Assembly: GCA_963716045.1 (NCBI GenBank)
Contig: CAVQSS010000012.1
Coordinates: 66,482-130,481 of the forward strand
DNA length: 64,000 nucleotides
Source of the DNA: an uncultured delta proteobacterium
Lineage (GTDB): Bacteria > Desulfobacterota > RBG-13-43-22
Direction of reading: 5' to 3'
Positions 1 to 7,056 of this stretch are shown piece by piece (positions within the stretch are counted from its first letter, which is position 1; every line of letters begins with the position of its first letter). The notes beneath the pieces are model-generated. The model saw only the letters and a program-made list of their open reading frames with translations, did not search any database and was not told the DNA's origin. The translations under genes and the position numbers were made by a program.

Positions 1-1329
1 GGCTATCCCTGCTTTTATCCTTATACCCGGGGCGTTCAGTTGTCCATGTACCGGGGGCGGCTCTGGACCATGCGCATGTTTGCCGGGCTGGGTTCGGCTG
101 AAGACACCAACCGGCGGTTCCATTACCTGGTGGAACAGGGGCAGACCGGGTTAAGCGTGGCCTTTGACATGCCCACCCTGATGGGCTACGACACCGATTC
201 CCCCAAGGCCCGGGGCGAGATGGGTAAATGCGGGGTGGCCATCGACACGCTGAAGGACATGGAAATCCTATTTGACGGACTGCCCATCGACCGCATCACC
301 ACCTCCATGACCATCAATCCCCCGGCCTCGATCGTCTGGGCCATGTATATCGCCATGGCCGAAAACCGTGGGATCCACCGCAGCAAGATCGGCGGGACCA
401 TTCAGAACGATATGCTCAAGGAGTTTGCGGCGCAAAAGACCTTCATGTGTCCCATTCGCCCTTCCCTGCGGCTGGTGACCGACACGGTGGAATTCGGGAC
501 CAAAGAAGTCCCCCGCTGGAATACCATCAGCATCAGCGGGTACCACATCCGGGAAGCAGGGGCCACGGCGGTTCAGGAGCTGGCCTTTACCCTGGCCGAT
601 GGGCTGGCCTACGTGGAAGACGCCATTAAGCGGGGCTTAAAGGTGGATGATTTCGCCCCCCGGTTGTCTTTCTTCTTTGACGCCCATATCGATTTCTTTG
701 AAGAGATCGCCAAGTTTCGGGCGGCCCGGCGGATGTGGGCCCGTTTCATGAAGGAGCGGTTTAAGGCCCAGAACTGGCGATCCCTGTGGCTCCGCTTTCA
801 CACCCAGACGGCGGGCTGCTCCCTGACCGCCCAGCAGCCCTATAACAACGTGATTCGCACCACCATCGAGGGCCTGTCGGCTGTCTTGGGCGGCACCCAG
901 TCCCTGCACACCAACTCCCTGGATGAAGTGCTGGCCCTGCCCACCGAACAGGCGGCCACCATCGCCCTGCGCACCCAGCAGATCATCGCCGAGGAATCCG
1001 GCGTGATCAACACCATCGACCCCCTGGCCGGCTCCTATTTCATCGAGGCCCTGACCAACGAGATGGAGGAAAAGGCCATGGAGTACATCCATAAGATCGA
1101 CGAGATGGGCGGTATGGTCGAGGCCCTGGACCGGCACTTCCCGCAGATGGAGATCGCCGAGTCGGCCTACCAGTTTCAACGCCAGTTGGACCGGCAGGAA
1201 AAGATCATGGTGGGGGTCAACCAGTATGTGACCCAGGATATCCTCAAGCCGGAAGTGCTGCGGATCGACCCGGCCCTGGAGGAGGCCCAGATCGCCCGGA
1301 CCCAACGAGATCAAAAACAACCGGAATAA
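1..1329 (+). CDS. Acyl-CoA mutase large (catalytic) subunit of the methylmalonyl-CoA mutase family, with an isobutyryl-CoA-mutase-like signature. The 5' end lies outside the window and the frame breaks near nt 1300.
   Basis: Frame 1 is open from nt 1 ([31 protein letters not shown]...), so the start lies upstream. Family motifs [17 protein letters not shown] and [13 protein letters not shown] are present. Phe in WTMRMFAG and Gln in KEFAAQK sit where MCM has Tyr/Arg and ICM has Phe/Gln. The stop at 1327-1329 is premature (see next feature). Confidence 0.9.
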   Translation, partial: GYPCFYPYTRGVQLSMYRGRLWTMRMFAGLGSAEDTNRRFHYLVEQGQTGLSVAFDMPTLMGYDTDSPKARGEMGKCGVAIDTLKDMEILFDGLPIDRITTSMTINPPASIVWAMYIAMAENRGIHRSKIGGTIQNDMLKEFAAQKTFMCPIRPSLRLVTDTVEFGTKEVPRWNTISISGYHIREAGATAVQELAFTLADGLAYVEDAIKRGLKVDDFAPRLSFFFDAHIDFFEEIAKFRAARRMWARFMKERFKAQNWRSLWLRFHTQTAGCSLTAQQPYNNVIRTTIEGLSAVLGGTQSLHTNSLDEVLALPTEQAATIALRTQQIIAEESGVINTIDPLAGSYFIEALTNEMEEKAMEYIHKIDEMGGMVEALDRHFPQMEIAESAYQFQRQLDRQEKIMVGVNQYVTQDILKPEVLRIDPALEEAQIARTQRDQKQPE

Positions 1330-1495
1330 CGCCCGGGTCCGGGAATGCCTGGAAAAGCTGGGAGAGGACTGCGTGAACAACCGCAACGTCATGGAAACCT
1401 TGATTGAGGCGGTCAAGGAACACGCCACCCTCCAGGAATGCTGCGACGTTTACCGCAAGGTATTCGGAACGTATCGGGATCCGGGGATATTTTAA
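1301..1495 (+). pseudogene. Displaced C-terminal ~64 codons of the same mutase large subunit, in frame 2
   Basis: Frame 2 reads [64 protein letters not shown]. This is the usual C-terminus of this subunit family (...ATLGE..D.LR.VFGEY). Joining it to frame 1 requires a 1-nt change around ACCC at 1300-1303. Confidence 0.8.
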
Positions 1496-1500
1496 AAAAC

Positions 1501-1592
1501 AAATCCGAAATTCGAAGCATCGAAATCCGAAATCAATCACAACAATGGTCATTTGAATTTGTTTCGGATTTCGGATTTCGAGTTTCGAATTT
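1501..1592. repeat. Inverted-repeat intergenic element, GAAATCCGAAAT / TTTCGGATTTCGGATTTCG family
   Basis: The left arm aaatccgaaattcgaagcatcgaaatccgaaatc is complementary at motif level to the right arm gaatttgtttcggatttcggatttcgagtttcgaattt. The right arm is about 90% identical to 32441-32489. The element lies between the two mutase subunit genes. Confidence 0.85.
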
Positions 1593-1632
1593 AAGCCCAG
1601 ATAGAAGGTTGAGCTTGTTTTAGGGAGGTACT

Positions 1633-2037
1633 ATGGCAGGGGATAGGAAATTACGTGTCTTAGTCGGTAAACCGGGGTTGGACGGCCATGACCGCGGGTC
1701 CCGGATCATCGCCCGGACCTTCCGGGACGCCGGGTTTGAGGTGGTCTACACCGGGCTGCACCAGACCCCCGAGGAGATCGTGCTGGCGGCCATCCAGGAG
1801 GACGTGGATCTGATCGGCCTGTCCAGTCTGGCCGGAGCGCACCTGTACCTCTTTGAGCGGGTCGCCGAACTGCTCAAGGAAAAGGGGGCCGAAGATATCG
1901 CCCTGATCGGGGGAGGGATCTTCCCTGAAGAGGATGTTCCGAAATTGAAGGCCATCGGCTACAAGGAAATTTTTGTTCCCGGCGAGACCCTGGACCATAT
2001 CGTGGATTGGGTCCGCGCCCATGTCAAACCCCGATGA
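1633..2037 (+). CDS. Acyl-CoA mutase small subunit (cobalamin-binding domain)
   Basis: 134 aa. B12-binding DxHxxG motif ([12 protein letters not shown]) and a Rossmann-like layout typical of split MCM/ICM small subunits. An RBS-like GGGAGG precedes the ATG. Confidence 0.9.
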   Translation: MAGDRKLRVLVGKPGLDGHDRGSRIIARTFRDAGFEVVYTGLHQTPEEIVLAAIQEDVDLIGLSSLAGAHLYLFERVAELLKEKGAEDIALIGGGIFPEEDVPKLKAIGYKEIFVPGETLDHIVDWVRAHVKPR

Positions 2038-2046
2038 GCGGGGAGT

Positions 2047-3006
2047 GTGACGGAAAAAATTTTAGCCGGGGACATGCGCACCGTGGCCCGGCTGATCCGG
2101 GATATCGATGACCATATGCCCCAGGCCCGGGAGATTCTGAAGGAGCTCTATCCCCACACCGGGAAGGCCTATGTCATCGGCATCACCGGATCCCCGGGGG
2201 TGGGCAAGAGCACCCTGGTGGACCGGATGATCCAGCATTTGCGGGGCCGGGGGAAAACCGTGGGCGTCCTGGCGGTGGATCCCACCAGTCCTTTCAGCGG
2301 CGGGGCCATCCTGGGGGACCGGATCCGCATGCAGCGGCACAGCACCGACGAGGGCGTCTTCATCCGCAGCCTGGCCACCCGCGGTCACTTCGGGGGGCTG
2401 ACCCCGTCCACCCGCGGGGCCATCGCGGTCCTGGATGCCATGGGCAAGGATTATGTCCTGGTGGAAACGGTGGGCGTGGGGCAGGACGAGGTGGAGATTG
2501 TCCGGGCCGCCCACACCACCCTGATCGTCCTGATCCCCGGCATGGGCGACGATATCCAGGCCATCAAGGCCGGTATCCTGGAGGCCGGGGACGTATTCGT
2601 CATCAACAAGGCCGATCGGGAAGGAGCCGATAAGACCCGTCAGGAATTGATGATGATGATCGAGATGGACAAGGACCGGAAGGCAAAAGGCGGCTGGACC
2701 CCGACCATTTTCAAGACCGAAGCCGTGAGAAATGAGGGGGTGGCGGAGTTGATGGCCGGGATCGAGGCGCACCGCGACTTCCTCTTTAAAAAGGATCCGG
2801 CCATCCTGACGCAATTCGAGATGGATCGGGCCCGAATGGAACTGTTGGACCTGATCAAGCAGGACGTGATCCGGACGATAATGGACTATCTGGAAAAGAC
2901 CGGCCAGTGGGAACAGTATCTTGAAGGCCTGGTACACAAGAAAACCGATCCGTACTCGATTTCCGAGATGATCGTGGATCGGTACCTCAATCAATGTAAG
3001 ACCTAA
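2047..3006 (+). CDS. meaB: MeaB/ArgK-type G3E GTPase (mutase chaperone)
   Basis: Walker A GITGSPGVGKST, plus ETVGVGQ and NKADR motifs. It directly follows the mutase subunits. GTG start. Confidence 0.9.
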   Translation: MTEKILAGDMRTVARLIRDIDDHMPQAREILKELYPHTGKAYVIGITGSPGVGKSTLVDRMIQHLRGRGKTVGVLAVDPTSPFSGGAILGDRIRMQRHSTDEGVFIRSLATRGHFGGLTPSTRGAIAVLDAMGKDYVLVETVGVGQDEVEIVRAAHTTLIVLIPGMGDDIQAIKAGILEAGDVFVINKADREGADKTRQELMMMIEMDKDRKAKGGWTPTIFKTEAVRNEGVAELMAGIEAHRDFLFKKDPAILTQFEMDRARMELLDLIKQDVIRTIMDYLEKTGQWEQYLEGLVHKKTDPYSISEMIVDRYLNQCKT

Positions 3007-3023
3007 CCCCTAAAAGAAACAAT

Positions 3024-3150
3024 AAATTCGAAATCCGAAGCACGAAATCGACTCGGCTGAGCGGCTCGACCTGATCTCGCCGACAGGTCTCGTCGCAGGC
3101 CGAAACAAGCACGAAGGTCCAAAATCCAAATGATCAAAACAAAAATGTTT
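3024..3150. repeat. Composite copy (reverse orientation) of the GAAATCCGAAAT family with a ~50-nt insertion
   Basis: aaattcgaaatccgaagcacgaaatcg lies at 3024-3050. The reverse complement of 3121-3150 (..tgatcatttggatttt..) matches tggtcatttggattt of the 1541 and 32441 copies. The inserted segment (ctcggctgagcggctcgacc...) resembles another repeat family in the window. Confidence 0.7.
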
Positions 3151-3152
3151 GG

Positions 3153-4367
3153 TTAGGAGCCTCCCATCATCGCCTTGGCTTTTTTTATTTCCGAGAACAG
3201 AGAACTGTCGAGGATCAGGTCCAGCAATTTTCTCTTTGGAAACAGGGTTCGGTAGGAGAGATCCAGGGAGGCCACCGAAGACCCGTTCGGTCCTTTATCG
3301 GCTAACAGCTTGGCGACCTGGTCCGACAGAAACAGGACCAGCAGGTATTTAAGGTCGTCGCTGCCCAGCCCCAGTCGTTCCATGTCCATAAAACCGGGGG
3401 TGTGATGCCACTCCACCGTTTTGATCATCAGATCCGAAAAAGCCCACTCTTCAAAGGCCAGCCTGCCCAGCAGGGCATGGTTGACTCCAAAAAGGGTCTC
3501 TTCTTCCCGGATCGATAATTCCGCAAAGGGAACCCCTTGGAAACTCCCTTCCCCCGGCCTTAAAGGCAACCGTCTTAAAATAAATTTCCCCACATCATGG
3601 AGCAGGCCCAGGGTGAAGATGGTCCCTTTATCCAAGCCGGGAAATAGATTTTGAATGTGGGAGGCGCTGATGGAGGTCAAAAAGGAGTGCTCCCAGAGGG
3701 ATTCGACGAAAGGGTCCTGGGCGTCGTTCTTGAGATTCAGTGTTTTGAGGAGGCCTTCCTGGTAGAGGAGGTTCTTGATGTTGGTCAAACCAATAATCAT
3801 CAAGGCCTGGCCGATGGAATTCACTTTTTGCTGCAGACCGAAATAGGCCGAATTGGCGATCTTCAGGATCTTGCCGGACAGGATCGGGTCGGTCACGATA
3901 ACCTTGGCCAGGTTGGACATGCTGCTGTCCGGGTCGTCCAGGGCCCGGCAAAGATCATAGGTTTTTCGAAAATCCCTCAGGTTACTGATCTGCTCCAGGG
4001 CCAGGCGGCGGACCTCGGGATCAAGGTCAGCCATTTGGAGGGCCTCCGGTCCCGGAGAATTCAAGGATGGTTTTATCGAAAAAATCAACGTCACCCCCTC
4101 GCGGAGGCGTTTCTTTAGTTCTTCGGCCTGATCCGGGACTGCCGGTTCCGTGTTCAGCACCCCCGAGGGACTGGGGAGCCGGTCCGGGACAGAGGGGTGA
4201 GGGCCTTGGCCCGGGCCTGCCCGAAGCTTCTCAGCGGGATGCTTTCCTGAAAAGTCGGCTCTTCCCTTTTCAGGGATTTCGGAATTCGGCTTTTTTCTCC
4301 CTCGCAAAAAGAAGAGAACGAATAGAATGCCGATGATTAGCAGAAGGCCGATCAACAAAGGCCACAT
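3153..4367 (-). CDS. HDOD domain signalling protein with an N-terminal TM helix and a Pro-rich linker
   Basis: HDOD-type sequence (ILKIANSAYFGLQQKVNSIGQALMIIGLTNIKNLL ... LLHDVGKFIL ... HALLG). The N-terminal MWPLLIGLLLIIGILFVLFF is hydrophobic. Confidence 0.75.
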   Translation of the reverse strand: MWPLLIGLLLIIGILFVLFFLRGRKKPNSEIPEKGRADFSGKHPAEKLRAGPGQGPHPSVPDRLPSPSGVLNTEPAVPDQAEELKKRLREGVTLIFSIKPSLNSPGPEALQMADLDPEVRRLALEQISNLRDFRKTYDLCRALDDPDSSMSNLAKVIVTDPILSGKILKIANSAYFGLQQKVNSIGQALMIIGLTNIKNLLYQEGLLKTLNLKNDAQDPFVESLWEHSFLTSISASHIQNLFPGLDKGTIFTLGLLHDVGKFILRRLPLRPGEGSFQGVPFAELSIREEETLFGVNHALLGRLAFEEWAFSDLMIKTVEWHHTPGFMDMERLGLGSDDLKYLLVLFLSDQVAKLLADKGPNGSSVASLDLSYRTLFPKRKLLDLILDSSLFSEIKKAKAMMGGS

Positions 4368-4927
4368 GGAAGAATCCTTGGTTTTGGGTTATGGTGTCCG
4401 TCTCGGGGGCTCCGGTCAAGTAAGACCAGGGGTCTCTATAAATGCCTGACAAAAATAAAGGAGGAGTTGGGCGATAATAAAACAGGATCGGCAAATTATG
4501 TCAGAGATAGTCTGTAATTACCCAATTGGATAGCATAGCCTATACGTTTGTCAAGCAAATTATCAAAAAGAAAGCTAAAGACAAGGTCTTCGAACCTTAA
4601 TCAATAATTGGCACTTGACTTTGGATAAATTAGTTAGGGAATTATTACATTCTACGTGTCCTAAATGCAAAGAAGGGAAAATTGTAGAAATTGAAACTGG
4701 GGTAATATCTTAATTTTCGGGAGGAATAAGGAATTGCCTTTTAATTCTCCTCACCTTACCAGTCCGACAAGGCCCAAGTCGAAAAGCAGCAAGGTGACTA
4801 ATTCGAGAACGGGAGCTTGGCCTAAAACTTTCGCACCCTCGAACAACCCAAACACCTTAAAGACGGGAGCTATGGCGGCCGACCGGCCGAGGGTGCCGAT
4901 CAGGGCAGGGCCTCACTGGCCTGATTA

Positions 4928-6202
4928 TTATTTCGTAGCCTCAAAACTAAAAGTCAAGTCGGACGTAAGTATCTCGTTCATGTGGTAGAATGCCGGGGCG
5001 AAGGTATAGTTGACACCTCCCTCAAAATTAGTTGGTACTATATCTCCTATCCAACCTGAAGGCTGGGAAAGGGAACATTCCCCTAAGTTTGTTGGAACGG
5101 TAACAATCTGGCAATAGACCTTGCTCCCATTGGCATGGTTAATCCCATTAAACCAAATAATAAATTTTTCACTGGGGGGCAGCAGGGCGCCACCCGGACT
5201 TTTTACTGAAACAGTAATTTTGTAAACATGCCCAGTCGGGGGTACTGTTTGGCCCCAGTAAGAAGGCGCATAGTAGTCCTGGGTTTTGTTTTCTTTCAGG
5301 GTGTTATAATCAATTCTTTCAGGCCAGAACTCAAAACCCGAGAGTACTGGCTTAACCCATCCTGTCCAACCATCTGGGACAGAAAGGGAATAATTGCCAT
5401 TCGCATCCGTAACGCTCCTGGAGGAAAGAGAACCGTCTTCCGTCCAGGCTTCCATCGCCACCATGGGTAATGGATTGGATGGAATCGTGGTATTAAAGTG
5501 GTTTTTCCAAATTACGTTACCACTGATGGTAACTATAGCCAGTTTTTCAGCAATAAAATCCTGTTTTTCATGGAGATATTGACTTCCGACAATCGGTATA
5601 TCCGGAGGTTTAAACTCGTAGCCAGACAATTGAGGTGTTAAGGCAAAACTAACTCCGGCATTTTCCTCTGTTTCATAATATCCGTTACTATTGGTTGTCG
5701 CCAATAGCTTCTTAACAAATTGATCCTTAACATATACATCACCATATATCTCAACATTTTCCAACCCTTTTCCGTTGTGTAAAACAGTTCCGCTGATTGT
5801 ATGTTTGTAAGCGGTAAAATCCTGAATTCCATCGTTATGTGAAACCCAAGAACCTGAAGGATCAAATTGGTAGCCATACTTTTCAGGATAAATAAAGTAC
5901 AGATTAGAAGAAAACCCTGCTCTATATTCTCCCTTGCTGTCAGTTACTGCCACAAGGTAAATCTTACCTGGTATTACTTGAGCATCCCAGGCAACTTCAT
6001 TAAAAATCTCGACGGCGGGTAGACCGCTTCCGTTAAAAATAACTCTTCCGCCTATTGCCGGAAAAGAATTATTAAAAATCATTCCAATAAAAATTCTGTG
6101 CATTAAATTGTCGTCCGCATTGGCCCGGGTGCCAAGGCAACAACCCAACCCAAAATTCAAGATACAAAAAAAGAAAACAATACGTTTCAGATGAATAGAC
6201 AT
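4928..6202 (-). CDS. Secreted hypothetical protein with repeated carboxypeptidase-regulatory-like / Ig-like beta-sandwich modules
   Basis: Repeated xTDxxGxY-type segments (VTDSKGEYRAGF, TNSNGYYETEE, VTDANGNYSLSVP). Signal-like N-terminus MSIHLKRIVFFFCILNFGLG. The ATG at 6202 has GGAGGG 8 nt upstream; the ORF is open to 6247. Lower-GC gene. Confidence 0.65.
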   Translation of the reverse strand: MSIHLKRIVFFFCILNFGLGCCLGTRANADDNLMHRIFIGMIFNNSFPAIGGRVIFNGSGLPAVEIFNEVAWDAQVIPGKIYLVAVTDSKGEYRAGFSSNLYFIYPEKYGYQFDPSGSWVSHNDGIQDFTAYKHTISGTVLHNGKGLENVEIYGDVYVKDQFVKKLLATTNSNGYYETEENAGVSFALTPQLSGYEFKPPDIPIVGSQYLHEKQDFIAEKLAIVTISGNVIWKNHFNTTIPSNPLPMVAMEAWTEDGSLSSRSVTDANGNYSLSVPDGWTGWVKPVLSGFEFWPERIDYNTLKENKTQDYYAPSYWGQTVPPTGHVYKITVSVKSPGGALLPPSEKFIIWFNGINHANGSKVYCQIVTVPTNLGECSLSQPSGWIGDIVPTNFEGGVNYTFAPAFYHMNEILTSDLTFSFEATK

Positions 6203-7056
6203 TCTTCTTCCCTCCGGTGGCTTTCCGTTCCTATCTTGGCTAAACATTCGACTTTTTTACCTTTAAGGACTTTTCATATCTACTTGTCGGATGATATAAT
6301 AGATCTTGACCGGATGTCAATTTCCAATATCTCACGAAAAAATCATCCAGGCGTTTAACCCGCAGGGGAGTTATTTGGTCCGGATGGGGGGGGGCGGAGG
6401 AACCCAAAGGGGATTTCGGGAATGTCCTTAGAATAGAAAAAGTGGATCAGCTGCGTTTGATCCACCCTAAATTTGATCACTTTAGACGGTAATCGTCATT
6501 TATCAGAATGCTCTCGATTGAGGAGTAGTAGGTATACAGAGTAAATTGGGGGGGAGGAGGAAGTTTTTCAAGGGATATCAAGACTTTCTTCCTGTACTGT
6601 TGTTTTTGAATTTTGGTCCATCCTGGAGGATTTCCAACGCAAATCATTAACGAAATGGAGCTATTAACCCCAGGGTTTCCTATGATCGGCAGGCTATTTG
6701 AAATAATACCAAACCCGGGTCTGGGTGGAGAGGTTTATCACTAATTTGGGGCCTTGACCATTCTTCCTCCCTTTTGGATTTAAAATACTCAATCCGCCCC
6801 CCCTCTATCCCCCGATTGATCACCCTATAACCACTTAACTTCATCAGCTATCCCCATTTTTTCTTCGTTTTTTCTCCTTAATCACTCTCTCGGCGTATCT
6901 TATACTTCTCATCCAGAAGGAACTTCTCATCAAACAAATCTTTGTTATGCACCCTTCCCTATCTGTAAACTGTCTTATTCACGAGAATTGTGTTAGGATA
7001 ATTGTGTTTGTATCGCAAAAACGCATCAAGCCGTTATCGGCGCAGTCTTCAGTCTT

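Noticed and set aside
637-1428. Long antisense or alternative-frame ORFs in the six-frame track. Examples are 637-1428(-), 2062-2994(-), 21470-22411(-), 25134-25859(+), 25980-27344(+), 34523-35482(-), 35697-36509(-), 57383-58120(-) and 60469-61536(+).
   Set aside because: They lie entirely within, and opposite or out of frame to, genes with strong family motifs. Their translations are Arg/Gly/Pro/His-rich low-complexity sequence, which is typical of GC-rich shadow frames.
1501-1592. Whether the recurring short repeats could be a CRISPR array.
   Set aside because: The copies are palindromic and scattered singly or as inverted pairs across the window. They are not regularly spaced direct repeats with unique spacers, and there are no cas genes.
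4607-4622. TGGCACTTGACTTTGG as a sigma54 promoter.
   Set aside because: The -12 element is TTTG rather than TTGC at the required spacing, and there is no plus-strand gene downstream for 2.4 kb.
4640-4712. A short frame reading ..LVRELLHSTCPKCKEGKIVEIETGVIS*, resembling a zinc-ribbon fragment.
   Set aside because: It has no ATG or GTG start, only about 30 codons and a single CxxC. It is probably a remnant or a chance match.
4735-4935. A GC-rich ~190-nt patch in an AT-rich spacer, with nested stems (TCACCTT/AAGGTGA, TTCGAG/CTCGAA, ATCAGG/CCTGAT), a duplicated ACGGGAGCT and a T-rich tail. Also the track ORF 4734-4988.
   Set aside because: The ORF has implausible composition and a TTG start. 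I could not match the RNA to any riboswitch or sRNA family, and the promoter evidence is weak. It is worth a covariance-model scan, but the evidence is not enough to call a feature.
6370-6810. G-run and C-run motifs (ggggggggcggagg at ~6380, gggggggaggagg at ~6550, ccgccccccctc at ~6795) as terminal inverted repeats of a MITE.
   Set aside because: Complementarity does not extend beyond the homopolymer runs.
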